The position numbers and the translations under genes are program-made. Source: an uncultured Anaerolineaceae bacterium (GTDB lineage Bacteria; Chloroflexota; Limnocylindria; Limnocylindrales; CSP1-4). From it: a stretch of DNA of 64,000 nucleotides. Location of the stretch: positions 26,589-90,588 of the forward strand of contig CAZFGT010000003.1 of NCBI GenBank assembly GCA_964518505.1, given 5' to 3'. Below, piece by piece: positions 9,575-18,734 of the stretch (position 1 is its first letter; every line of letters starts with the position of its first letter). A model generated the notes under the pieces. The model ran no database searches, was not told the origin of the DNA, and saw only the letters and a list, made by a program, of their open reading frames with translations.

Positions 9575-11058
9575 CCGGGCCCGAGCTGGCGGCCATCGCG
9601 CCGTTCGGCTACGTCGTCGCGCTGGCGGTGCTGGTCATCCTGGCCGACATCGTGCGGCCCGGCGACGAGCGCGTGACGATCGTCATCGGGACGGTGGGGA
9701 CCCTCGTGGGACTCGTCCTCGTGGTGGCCGTCGGGCTCGGCGGGACGGTGCAGCCCGTCTTCGGCGGCGCCTACCAGCTGGATCCGCTGACGACGTTCCT
9801 GGACATGCTCTTCCTGGCCATCGCGTTCCTGACCATCCTCTTCTCGCCCGACTACCTGCGGCCGCGTCACTACCCCCTGCCCGAGTACGTGGCGACCCTC
9901 CTGTTCGCCATCAGCGGCGCCATGCTCATCTCCGCCGCCCGTGACCTGTTGGTCCTGTTCCTTGGCCTGGAGCTCCTGGTACTGCCCGGCTACATGCTCG
10001 TGGCCTACGCCAAGCGGGACGGCCTGGCCACCGAGGGCGCCATCAAGTACTTCCTGCTCGGCTCGTTCTCCTCGGCCATCTTCCTCTTCGGCCTGGCCTT
10101 CACCTGGGGCTACACCGGCACGACGAGCGTGGCCGGCGTGGCGTCACACCTCCAGCAGGTGGTGACCAGCGGGCAGGTGCCGGCCGCCGGGTTGCTGATG
10201 GGCCTCGCGCTGATGACCACCGGGGTGGCCTTCAAGATCGCCGCGGTGCCCTTCCACTACTGGACACCGGATGCGTACCAGGGCTCGCCCACGCCGGTCA
10301 CCGGCTACCTCTCGGTGGGGCCCAAGATCGCCGCCTTCGCCCTCATCCTGCGCCTCTTCGCCGAGGCCCTGGCCCCCATGCGCGCCGACTGGGTCGGCGT
10401 GGTCGTGGTGCTGGCCGCCCTGACCATGACGCTGGGCAACCTGGTGGCCCTGACGCAGGACAACATCAAGCGGATGCTGGCCTACTCGTCGATCGCCCAC
10501 ACCGGCTACATCCTCGTCGGCCTGGCCGCCTTCGCCGGTGCGCCGGCGGGTTCCAGCGCGGCCTCGGCCGGCATCGCCGGCGTGCTCTTCTACAGCGCCG
10601 CCTACACCTTCATGAACCTGGGCGCGTTCGCCGTGGTGGCCGCCCTCCAGGGCCGGCCCGGCGTGACCAGCCAGATCGCCACGTTCGCCGGCCTGGGGCG
10701 CCGCGCCCCGCTGGCCGGCGCGCTGATGCTGCTGTTCCTGCTGTCGCTGACGGGGATCCCGCCCACAGCTGGCTTCTTCGCCAAGGCGTACGTCATCGAG
10801 GCCGCCCTGCAGTCGGGCGGGCTGGTGCCCTGGCTGGCCGTGATCGCCGTCGTCAACGCGGCGATGGCCGCCTTCTACTACCTGCGCGTGGTGGTGGTGA
10901 TGTACATGCAGGAGCCGGCGGCCGACGCCCAGCCGGTCACCGACAGCCGACCGATGCGCCTGGGCCTCCTCATCGCGGCCGTGGCCACAGTGCTCATCGG
11001 CGTGGTCCCCGGCCTGCTCATCCCGATGGCCCAGGCCGCCGCCGCGGCCATCCAGTAG
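9571..11058 (+). CDS. nuoN: NADH-quinone oxidoreductase subunit N
   Basis: 495-aa NuoN/ND2-like subunit (AAVPFHYWTPDAYQGSPTPVT). GTG start overlaps the nuoM stop (GTGA). Confidence 0.9.
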   Translation: MTGPELAAIAPFGYVVALAVLVILADIVRPGDERVTIVIGTVGTLVGLVLVVAVGLGGTVQPVFGGAYQLDPLTTFLDMLFLAIAFLTILFSPDYLRPRHYPLPEYVATLLFAISGAMLISAARDLLVLFLGLELLVLPGYMLVAYAKRDGLATEGAIKYFLLGSFSSAIFLFGLAFTWGYTGTTSVAGVASHLQQVVTSGQVPAAGLLMGLALMTTGVAFKIAAVPFHYWTPDAYQGSPTPVTGYLSVGPKIAAFALILRLFAEALAPMRADWVGVVVVLAALTMTLGNLVALTQDNIKRMLAYSSIAHTGYILVGLAAFAGAPAGSSAASAGIAGVLFYSAAYTFMNLGAFAVVAALQGRPGVTSQIATFAGLGRRAPLAGALMLLFLLSLTGIPPTAGFFAKAYVIEAALQSGGLVPWLAVIAVVNAAMAAFYYLRVVVVMYMQEPAADAQPVTDSRPMRLGLLIAAVATVLIGVVPGLLIPMAQAAAAAIQ

Positions 11059-11905
11059 GCCAGGTCGCCAGCCGCCACAGCAGGCGCGCCGCCTCGGCAG
11101 GGCTGGCGAGGACGGCGTCGGCGGCGGCCATGATCTCGGGCACCTGGTCGGCCCGCCCGTGGACCCCCACAGCAAGGGTCCGCAAACGGCCGCTGTCCCG
11201 GGCGGCATCCAGCACGCGGAAGGCGGCCGCGTCACTGACGTCATCGCCAAGCATCACGGCGAAGCCCGGGCGCACCTCGTCGAGCAGCGTGGCCACCGCC
11301 TGCGCCTTGGTCGTGGCGCCCGGCGGACGCAGCTCCAGCATGCGCATGCCAAGCTGCCGCTCGAAGCGGCCTTCGGGGTCCAGGCGGTCGACGGCGGCCC
11401 GGACGCGGACGGCGGCCGCGGCGAGGTCCGGCGCGCCGCGGAAGTGGAGGGCCAGGGCCGGCGGCTTGCGCTCCACGACCAGCCACGCCTCCGGCAGGAG
11501 CCGTGGGACGCCCATCGCGAGGCCTTCGGCACCCTCGTCGTAGGCCTCGAACCCCGGCCGCCGCACGGTCTGCAGGCGGCGGGAGGCGGCACCACGCGCG
11601 AGGCGGCCGCGCTCCATCCCGTGGTTGCCCAGGTAATCCGCCCCACCGACGCGCACGCGACCGGCCAGGTCTGCGGAGGCGCGCCCGGACAGCAGGACGA
11701 CGGTCGTGGCCGGCCGCGCCACCAGGCGACGCAGCGCCCGTTGCGCCAGCGGCACGATGGTGGCGCCCCACGGATCCATCTGCAGGGGACTCAGCGTGCC
11801 GTCGAAATCGGAGACGACCAGCCAGGGCGTGGCATGGAGGGCGTCCCCGGCGAGCTCGAGCGCGCCATCGACGGAGAGCCGGCGCCCCTCGACGCCGTCG
11901 CTCAC
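11018..11905 (-). CDS. otsB: HAD-superfamily phosphatase, trehalose-6-phosphate phosphatase-like
   Basis: DFDGTLSP motif I, LLSGR, YLGNHGME and GDDVSD motifs typical of OtsB-type HAD phosphatases. Its 3' end overlaps the nuoN 3' end by about 40 nt (convergent). Confidence 0.55.
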   Translation of the reverse strand: MSDGVEGRRLSVDGALELAGDALHATPWLVVSDFDGTLSPLQMDPWGATIVPLAQRALRRLVARPATTVVLLSGRASADLAGRVRVGGADYLGNHGMERGRLARGAASRRLQTVRRPGFEAYDEGAEGLAMGVPRLLPEAWLVVERKPPALALHFRGAPDLAAAAVRVRAAVDRLDPEGRFERQLGMRMLELRPPGATTKAQAVATLLDEVRPGFAVMLGDDVSDAAAFRVLDAARDSGRLRTLAVGVHGRADQVPEIMAAADAVLASPAEAARLLWRLATWPTGWPRRRPGPSG

Positions 11906-12600
11906 GGGGCGAAGCTGGCGGCGCCCGGCAGGATCGACTTGAGCCCGGTGGCGAAGCCGGGGATGGTCCCCTCGCCGAAGAGGACGTAGCGGATGACACC
12001 GCCCTTGTCGATGAAGTAGTGCATCGGCAGCACCAGCGCGTTGAAGGTCTGCTGCGCCGTGCCGTCGGCGTCGATGCCCATGGTGGCCACGAAGCCGGTC
12101 TGGGCCACGAGCGAGGCGGCCGTGGCGGCGTCCTCGCGCACGTCCACGGCGACGATCTGCAGCTGGCTGCCGTACTGGGCCGCCGCCGCATCCATCAGCG
12201 ACATCTCATCGCGGCAGCTGGGGCACCAGCTCGCCGTGAAGGCCAGCCAGACCGGTTTGCCGCGCAGACTCGCGAGGTCGACGGTGCCCCCGCCGACCCG
12301 TGCCACCGTGAGCCCGGGCGCCTGCTGGCCCACCTTGAGGCCGACCGCGATGGTGGGCGTCGGCGCCGTGGTCGGGCCGTTGGAGGAGGGCGTCGGGCCG
12401 CCGCCAGCCGGGGTCGCCGTAGCGCTCGGCGTCGCCGAGGGGCTGGCGTTCACCGACGGGCTCGGCGACGGGGAAGCGAGGGCCAGCGACGCGGGCGGCG
12501 GCTCGAGCTTGGTGGAGCCCAGGTTCATGGCGATGGCGCCGAGCACCAGGGCTCCCACGACGAGGCCCGCGATCAGGCCCACCAGGGTGGGGATACGCAT
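11902..12600 (-). CDS. Membrane-anchored TlpA/ResA-like thiol-disulfide oxidoreductase (thioredoxin fold)
   Basis: N-terminal TM helix, Pro/Ser/Thr/Ala-rich linker, and a WCPSC active site within a thioredoxin-like domain. Confidence 0.7.
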   Translation of the reverse strand: MRIPTLVGLIAGLVVGALVLGAIAMNLGSTKLEPPPASLALASPSPSPSVNASPSATPSATATPAGGGPTPSSNGPTTAPTPTIAVGLKVGQQAPGLTVARVGGGTVDLASLRGKPVWLAFTASWCPSCRDEMSLMDAAAAQYGSQLQIVAVDVREDAATAASLVAQTGFVATMGIDADGTAQQTFNALVLPMHYFIDKGGVIRYVLFGEGTIPGFATGLKSILPGAASFAP

Positions 12601-12676
12601 GCCGGCGCAGTCTACGTCCTCGCCTCGGTCGTCCGTCGCCGGCCCTCGCGCGGAGGCCTGCTAGCATCGCCCGTCG

Positions 12677-13411
12677 ATGCGCCAAGCTCGCCCCCTCGTC
12701 CAGCGCCTCGTCTCCGCCGTCATCACCGCGGCGGGCGTCGTCCTGCTCGCGGCCGGACTGCTGACCGTGGCCGCGCCCGCGACCGGCGCCGGGCCCACCA
12801 GCTCACCGACCGGCCTCGCCGTGGTGTCGCCTTCACCAGGCGGCAGCGGCGTCCATCCCTCGGGCGGCCCGTCAGCCAGTCCGTCCACCGCGCCCGGCCA
12901 CGCGGCGCCGACCCGCATCGTCATCGCCGCCATGAAGATCGACCTGCCGGTCCTCTCGTACCTGTATCCGGGGGGCCAGAACTTCCCGCTCTGCAACGTG
13001 GCCCAGTACTACGATGGCGCGGGCGCCAACTTCGCCGGCACCAACATCGGCCTGCCGGGCAACGATGGTCGGAGTGTCTACATCTACGCCCACGCCAGGA
13101 CGGGCATGTTCCTGCCGTTACTGACCGCCTCGCTCACGGCGAACGGCGACAGCATGCTGGGCGACGAGGTCCAGGTGTACACCGACGACGACCTCGTCTA
13201 CACGTACGACATCTCCACGGTGAAACGCCACAGCGAGGACTTCTCGATCGCCTCGTCCGTGGCCGCCGACGCGCAGCAGCTCGTCCTCCAGACCAGCGAA
13301 GGGCCCAGCCCGACCCTGCCCAAGCTCCAGGTGGCAGCCATCTTCGTGAGCGTGGCCCCGGCCGACCACGCGGCCGCCCATCCGGCGCCCCACCCGGTGA
13401 CCTGCAGCTAG
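12677..13411 (+). CDS. Sortase-family protein (class F-like); the canonical TLxTC Cys appears replaced (LVLQTS)
   Basis: N-terminal TM anchor. A sortase β-barrel signature (RIVIAAMKIDLPV, NVAQY…GLPG, YIYAHAR with the conserved His) is present. LVLQTSEGP sits where LTLxTC is expected. This is a by-eye alignment. Confidence 0.5.
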   Translation: MRQARPLVQRLVSAVITAAGVVLLAAGLLTVAAPATGAGPTSSPTGLAVVSPSPGGSGVHPSGGPSASPSTAPGHAAPTRIVIAAMKIDLPVLSYLYPGGQNFPLCNVAQYYDGAGANFAGTNIGLPGNDGRSVYIYAHARTGMFLPLLTASLTANGDSMLGDEVQVYTDDDLVYTYDISTVKRHSEDFSIASSVAADAQQLVLQTSEGPSPTLPKLQVAAIFVSVAPADHAAAHPAPHPVTCS

Positions 13412-13454
13412 GACGCAGGGCCGGCCACGTTCCGAGCGTTACCGAGGCGCCCGA

Positions 13455-13595
13455 TGAACCCAAAAGGTGGCTAAGGGCGGCGATAAGGGCCTTCCTTCAC
13501 CAGGATGAACCTCATAGGTTCGAGTCGACCCCGGAAACGCCCGAATCGGGGTCAACTGCGGCCGCAGGTTCGTCGCTGGCCACCCTTTGGGTTCA
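13455..13595. repeat. Long-range inverted repeat (17-bp arms, 107-nt spacer) enclosing an internal GC hairpin; candidate structured RNA or MITE-like element between convergent genes
   Basis: Arms TGAACCCAAAAGGTGGC (13455-13471) and GCCACCCTTTGGGTTCA (13579-13595), with one mismatch that is a G-U pair on the minus-strand transcript. The internal hairpin is GACCCCG…CGGGGTC (13525-13551). Confidence 0.3.
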
Positions 13596-13750
13596 CGCTG
13601 ACGCGTGGGATGTCGGGACGGCTGCAGTGACGCTCGCAGGGGAGCGTGACGATGCCACTTGTCGCAACGACGATCACGGCCGACGGATCCGCCGCGCCCA
13701 CGCAGCGACCCGCGCTATCACGACTGAGCGACACCCGGGCTCGCTGGCCG

Positions 13751-15331
13751 TCAGGCCGCGGGATCAGGCCGCCGCGCCGCGAGCCAGAGGGTCGGCAGGA
13801 GCGCGGCGAGCATGACGGCCGCGGCCACGATGAACAGGCCTTCCAGGATGCCGGCGGCCTGACCGGCGGCCCACCGTTCCAGGGCGTCCACCACGAACGG
13901 GTCGTCGAGCGGCCGCCCACGAAGGGTCGCCGGCAGGACGGCGTCGCGCGCGGCCGCGTCGGTCAGGACGATCGAGAGGGACTGGATGCGGTTCGAGCCG
14001 AGGGCCGTCAGGATGGCCACGCCCACGCCCATGCCGGCGAAGCGCGCCTGGGTCACCAGGCCCGAGGCGAGGCCGTAGGCGTCCCGGCCCAGGGCCTCGA
14101 CAGCCGTGACGGCGTACGGCGTGACCGTCAGGCCGAAACCCAGCCCGAAAAGGCCCAGCGCGAGCGCCACCATCGTCGTCGCGGAGGTCGCGTCCTCGCG
14201 GCCCACCAACACCAGCCCGGCTGCCCCGATGACGATCCCGACCGCGGCCACGACCCGCCCCCCGACGCGGCGCACGATGAGGCCCGACGCCAGCGCCCCG
14301 ATGGCCATGGTCAGCGCCAGCGAGCCAAGCACGAGCTGCTGGTCGGAAGGACCGCCGTAGCGGACCCGGTCGACGAAGACGGCCCCGCCGACGAGAGCGG
14401 TCGCCAGCGCGTATCCGGTGAGACCACTCACCAGGACGGCGCCGCGCAGGCGCACATCCCGCAGGAGGCCGCGAGGCAGGAACGGCTCAGCCGCGCGCCG
14501 CTCGACGACGATCCCCAGCACGAGGGCCGCGCAGGCCACCGCGGCCGGGACGACCGCCCCGCCCGGTCCACCGGGCGCGTCCGACCAGCCCAGCCAGGTG
14601 AGGGCGAGGAGGCCTGCCGCGAAGGCCACCGTGAGGGCCACGCCACCGACCATGTCGAAACGCATCGACCTCCGGTCCACCGTCGGCCAGGCGGCGCCAG
14701 CGGCCCACACGTACAACGCGGCCAGGCCGGCCACCGGCGCGGCCAGGTAGAAGATCCAGCGCCACGCCGGCACGAGCAGATGAGGCGCGGCCGTCCCCTG
14801 CAGGCCTGACGCAGCCACCTGGGCCCCGAGATCCAGGTGCTGCAGCACCCAGGCGCCAAGGAAGGGGCCGGCGGCCATGCCCAGGAACGTCGCGCCCCCG
14901 ACCACCCCGAGGGCCCGGGCGCGCGCCGGGCCGTCGAACAGCCGGCTTGCCCCGAATGTCGCCAGCGGCACGATGGCGCCCGCGCCGAGGCCCTGCACGA
15001 GACGCGCCCCGATGAGGACGGCCAGGGTCGGGGCGGCGCCGGCGACCAGCGAGGCGACCGCGAACAGGCCGAGCGCCAGCGTCAGCGGCGGCACCAGCCC
15101 GTAGCGGTCGGCGGCCCGTCCGGCGATGGGCATGACGGCGATGCTCGTGACGAAGAAGCCGTCGACGATCCACGACGCCTGGCGCAGCTCCTGCCAGCTC
15201 GCCAGGTCCTGCACGATCGAGGGCAGCGCTGTGGCCGTCACCAGCAGCTCGGCCCCGGCCAGGCCGGCGGCGACGCTCAGGATGGCCAGCAGCGACCAGG
15301 CGGCGCGACGACTCACGGCCCGGGCCCTCAC
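13751..15331 (-). CDS. MFS transporter (DHA2-like, ~14 TMS drug/metabolite:H+ antiporter)
   Basis: About 14 hydrophobic segments and MFS motifs (GRAADRYG, LVQGLGAGAIVP). A GTG start at 15331 is assumed. The ORF extension beyond it is antisense to arsR. Confidence 0.75.
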   Translation of the reverse strand: MRARAVSRRAAWSLLAILSVAAGLAGAELLVTATALPSIVQDLASWQELRQASWIVDGFFVTSIAVMPIAGRAADRYGLVPPLTLALGLFAVASLVAGAAPTLAVLIGARLVQGLGAGAIVPLATFGASRLFDGPARARALGVVGGATFLGMAAGPFLGAWVLQHLDLGAQVAASGLQGTAAPHLLVPAWRWIFYLAAPVAGLAALYVWAAGAAWPTVDRRSMRFDMVGGVALTVAFAAGLLALTWLGWSDAPGGPGGAVVPAAVACAALVLGIVVERRAAEPFLPRGLLRDVRLRGAVLVSGLTGYALATALVGGAVFVDRVRYGGPSDQQLVLGSLALTMAIGALASGLIVRRVGGRVVAAVGIVIGAAGLVLVGREDATSATTMVALALGLFGLGFGLTVTPYAVTAVEALGRDAYGLASGLVTQARFAGMGVGVAILTALGSNRIQSLSIVLTDAAARDAVLPATLRGRPLDDPFVVDALERWAAGQAAGILEGLFIVAAAVMLAALLPTLWLAARRPDPAA

Positions 15332-15359
15332 GGCCGGCAGTGTACGCGGCGGCTCCCCG

Positions 15360-15406
15360 TTGACACCGCCCCGGTCGCGGCCTAGTATCAATGTGTCTTT
15401 ATCAAT
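15360..15406 (+). promoter_or_regulatory. Sigma70-like promoter (TTGACA-17-TAGTAT) with two TATCAAT direct repeats; a putative ArsR operator in the divergent arsR/MFS intergenic region
   Basis: TTGACA at 15360-15365, a 17-nt spacer, and TAGTAT at 15383-15388. TATCAAT occurs at 15386-15392 and again at 15400-15406. The region is an AT-rich island in a 70% GC context. Confidence 0.4.
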
Positions 15407-15427
15407 CACGAGAGCGCACCCGCCCTG

Positions 15428-15760
15428 ATGGCCAGCCCGGCCCGCATCCGCGCCACGATCGCCTCCGTCACCACGGCTCCCGACGAGCTGCGCGAACTGC
15501 GCGCGTTCCACAAGGCCCTCGCCGACGTCAACCGCCTGCGGCTGGTCCGCCGCCTGGCCGACGGGCCGGCGACCGTGGCCGAGCTGACCGAGCATGTCGG
15601 CCTGTCGCAGCCCCTGGTCAGCTGGCACCTCGGCCGCCTCCGCGCCGCCGGGCTCGTGGCCATGCGTCGCAGCGGCCGGGAGACGGTGTGTAGCCTCGAA
15701 CCCGCGGCGCTCCTGGCCGCCGAGCAGCGCGAGCGCGCGTGGCTGGGCCTGGCGGGATGA
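15428..15760 (+). CDS. ArsR/SmtB-family transcriptional regulator
   Basis: Winged-HTH signature LADVNRLRLVRRLADGPATVAELTEHVGLSQPLVSWHL. It is divergent from the MFS pump, and its stop overlaps the next ATG (ATGA). Confidence 0.85.
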   Translation: MASPARIRATIASVTTAPDELRELRAFHKALADVNRLRLVRRLADGPATVAELTEHVGLSQPLVSWHLGRLRAAGLVAMRRSGRETVCSLEPAALLAAEQRERAWLGLAG

Positions 15761-16392
15761 ACCTCAAGGAGGGCTCGCTGCTGTCGGTCGCCGCGCGCGA
15801 TCGCTTCCGCCACCGCGTGGAGCCGTACGCCGCCAACCTCGCCCGGGTCGGCCTGACGCCCAACGCGCTGACGCTGATCGGCTTCGGCATCTCCGTCGCG
15901 GCGGCCGCCCTGGGCGGCCTGCAGCTGTGGCTGGCCTGCGGGCTGGTGGCCACGTTCGGGGCCGCCTTCGACATGTTCGACGGCGCCGTGGCCCGCGCCA
16001 CCGGCACGGCCAGCCCGTTCGGCGCGTTCATGGACAGCACCTTCGACCGCTGGGGCGAGGGCATCGTCTACGCCGGCATCGCCACCGGGGCGGCCCTGGC
16101 GGGCCAGTCGGTGACCGTCCTGCTGGCGGCGCTGGCGATGGGCGCCGCCTTCATGGTCAGCTACAGCCGGGCCAAGGCGGAGAGCCTTGGCTGGCATGGC
16201 GAGACGGGCATCGCCCCGCGCCCCGAGCGCGTCGTGCTCCTGGGCCTGGGCCTCGTGGCGGCTGGCCTGGGGGGTGGACCGGCCGGCGGCCCGTGGCTCC
16301 AGCTGGCCCTTGCCGCCATCGCCGTCCTCGGCACCGTCACGGTCATCCAACGCATCGTCTACGTCCAGCATCAGGCAGAAGGGACCAGGTAG
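15757..16392 (+). CDS. CDP-alcohol phosphatidyltransferase (phosphatidylinositol-phosphate synthase-like, PgsA1 type)
   Basis: D-x2-DG-x2-AR…G-x3-D-x3-D motif (FDMFDGAVARATG…FMDSTFDRWGE) and multiple TM helices. Confidence 0.85.
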   Translation: MNLKEGSLLSVAARDRFRHRVEPYAANLARVGLTPNALTLIGFGISVAAAALGGLQLWLACGLVATFGAAFDMFDGAVARATGTASPFGAFMDSTFDRWGEGIVYAGIATGAALAGQSVTVLLAALAMGAAFMVSYSRAKAESLGWHGETGIAPRPERVVLLGLGLVAAGLGGGPAGGPWLQLALAAIAVLGTVTVIQRIVYVQHQAEGTR

Positions 16393-16398
16393 GAGCAC

Positions 16399-17631
16399 AT
16401 GGAGCAGCACGTGAGCAAGAACGGGCAGGAGAAGGAAGCGCCGGCGAAGGGCAGCGGCAAGCGCGGCGACGGCAAGATCCGCGTCGCCATCGTGGGCGTC
16501 GGCAACTGTGCCAGCAGCCTGGTGCAGGGCCGCTACTACTACGAGAACGCCAAGGACGACGAGTTCGTGCCGGGCCTCATGCACGTCAACCTGGGCGGGT
16601 ACCACATCCGCGACATCGAGTTCGTGGCCGCCTTCGACATCGACAAGAACAAGGTCGGCAAGGACCTGTCCGAGGCGATCTACACCAAGCCCAACAACAC
16701 CTACGTCTTCAAGCAGGTCCCCCACATCGGGGTCAAGGTCGAGCGCGGGATGACCCACGACGGCCTGGGCAAGTACCTCAGCCAGATCATCGAGAAGGCG
16801 CCCGGCCCGACGGCCGATGTGGTGGGCATCCTCAAGTCGCGCAAGGTCGACGTCGTCGTCTCCTACCTGCCGGTCGGCTCGGAGGAGGCCACCAAGTGGT
16901 ACGTCGAGCAGGCCCTGGCGGCCGGCGTCGGCTTCGTCAACGCCATCCCCGTCTTCATCGGCCGCGAGCCGTACTGGCAGCGCCGCTTCGCCGAGAAGGG
17001 CCTGCCGGTCATCGGCGACGACATCAAGAGCCAGGTCGGGGCCACCATCACGCACCGCGTCCTGACCCGCCTCTTCATGGATCGCGGCGTGCGCCTGGAC
17101 CGCACGTACCAGCTCAACTTCGGCGGCAACACCGACTTCCTGAACATGCTCGAGCGCGAGCGCCTGGAGTCCAAGAAGATCAGCAAGACCAACGCCGTCA
17201 CGTCGATGCTCGACTACGACATCGACCCCGACGACATCCATGTCGGCCCGTCCGACCACGTGCCGTGGCTGCTCGACCGTAAGTGGTGCTACATCCGCAT
17301 GGAGGGCACGACCTACGGCGACGTGCCCCTCAACGCCGAGCTCAAGCTCGAGGTCTGGGACAGCCCCAACAGCGCCGGCGTCATCACCGACGCGGTCCGC
17401 TGCCTGAAGCTGGGCCTGGATCGCGGCCTGAAGGGCACGCTCGTGGCGCCGTCCTCGTACTTCATGAAGAGCCCGCCGATCCAGATCCACGACGACATCG
17501 CCTTCGAGCGGGTCGAGGCCTTCATCCGGGGCGAGGACAACGAGACCCTGGTGGGCACCGAGGCAGCCCCGGCGCGTCGCATGCGCCGGATGGCCCCGGC
17601 GCGCGCCAAGGCGAGCGTGGCGGCACGCTGA
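16399..17631 (+). CDS. ino1: myo-inositol-1-phosphate synthase
   Basis: Conserved MIPS motifs ([39 protein letters not shown]). 410 aa. Confidence 0.9.
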   Translation: MEQHVSKNGQEKEAPAKGSGKRGDGKIRVAIVGVGNCASSLVQGRYYYENAKDDEFVPGLMHVNLGGYHIRDIEFVAAFDIDKNKVGKDLSEAIYTKPNNTYVFKQVPHIGVKVERGMTHDGLGKYLSQIIEKAPGPTADVVGILKSRKVDVVVSYLPVGSEEATKWYVEQALAAGVGFVNAIPVFIGREPYWQRRFAEKGLPVIGDDIKSQVGATITHRVLTRLFMDRGVRLDRTYQLNFGGNTDFLNMLERERLESKKISKTNAVTSMLDYDIDPDDIHVGPSDHVPWLLDRKWCYIRMEGTTYGDVPLNAELKLEVWDSPNSAGVITDAVRCLKLGLDRGLKGTLVAPSSYFMKSPPIQIHDDIAFERVEAFIRGEDNETLVGTEAAPARRMRRMAPARAKASVAAR

Positions 17632-17735
17632 AGCGCCGCACGCCCGGATCGGGAGCCGCACCCCCAGCGCCTCCCGCGCCGGTGGCCTCCACGACCGTAC
17701 CCGCGCCGCATCGCCCGCCCGCCCGCGGCGGACGG

Positions 17736-18734
17736 GTGCGGCGCACCCTGCTGCGCGCCAACGAGAAGGCGACCGTGACCGCCTACCGGGCCACCTCGGC
17801 CGTGATGGGCCACGTCCCCGTGGGCGTGGCCTGGCCGGTGGCGCGCGCCGGGTTCCTCGCCGGCTACGCGGCGTGGCCGGCCAAGCGACGCATCATCCAG
17901 GCCAATGCGGGCCACATCCTGGGCGTGCCGCCGGACGATCCCGCCGCGCGGCGGCTCGCCCGGCGCGTCTACCAGACGTACGCGCGGTACGTCGTGGAGC
18001 TGATGCGGCTGCCCTCGCGGCCGCTCGACGAGCCTGGGCGCCTGTTCGAGACCGGGGGCCCGGGTGGCTACGACTCGTTCCGGGCGCTCTACGAACGGAC
18101 CGCCGCGGAGGGCCGCTCGCTCATCGCCGTGAGCTGCCACATCGGCAGCATCGAGACCCTCGTGGCCGCCTTCGCGACACGCGGCATGCCCGTCTACGGC
18201 CTGGCCGACGACAGCGCCTATCCCGAGCTCTACGAACTCCTCCAGGCGCAGCGGCGCCGCTGGGGTGTGGAGGTCGTCCCCTGGCGCAACCTCCGGTCGC
18301 TCTTCCGCATCCTCCGCCAGCCGGTCGTGCTGGGCCTGCTCGTCGACTGGGGCTATCGCGCCGAGGACGTGCCGGTCCGCCTCTTCGGGGCCTGGACCAC
18401 GCTGCCGGCCGGCCCGGCGGTGCTCGCCGCGCGGACGGGGGCACGCCTCGTACCGGTCGCCTGCCGCCGGCTGCCCGATGGGCACTACGAGGCGCAGCAC
18501 CTGGATCCGATCGAGGTCCGCGACGGCTCCCCGGCCGGCGTGGCCCGGGCGACCCAGGCCATCGCCGACGCCGTGGAGACCATGGTCCGCGTCGCGCCCG
18601 CCCAGTGGTACACGTTCAAGCGCATGTGGCCGGCGACGGACGCCGAGGCGCAGACGCTGGCCGCGCGAGCCGCCGGCATGCTGGCCGACAAGGCGCCGGT
18701 CGAAGCGGCGGCGGCTGAGCCGGCCCCGGCATGA
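17736..18734 (+). CDS. Lysophospholipid acyltransferase (LpxL/HtrB family, PatA-like), copy 1
   Basis: LPLAT-family pattern (N-terminal amphipathic segment, HIGSIE, LVDWGYRAED…RLFG, PAGPAVLAARTGARLVPV). GTG start at 17736 is assumed; upstream ORF sequence overlaps ino1 in another frame. Confidence 0.7.
   Translation: MRRTLLRANEKATVTAYRATSAVMGHVPVGVAWPVARAGFLAGYAAWPAKRRIIQANAGHILGVPPDDPAARRLARRVYQTYARYVVELMRLPSRPLDEPGRLFETGGPGGYDSFRALYERTAAEGRSLIAVSCHIGSIETLVAAFATRGMPVYGLADDSAYPELYELLQAQRRRWGVEVVPWRNLRSLFRILRQPVVLGLLVDWGYRAEDVPVRLFGAWTTLPAGPAVLAARTGARLVPVACRRLPDGHYEAQHLDPIEVRDGSPAGVARATQAIADAVETMVRVAPAQWYTFKRMWPATDAEAQTLAARAAGMLADKAPVEAAAAEPAPA

Noticed and set aside
13510-13530. GGTTCGAGTC T-loop-like motif suggesting a tRNA
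   Set aside because: The flanking sequence cannot form a T-stem or acceptor stem. It lies inside the inverted-repeat element.
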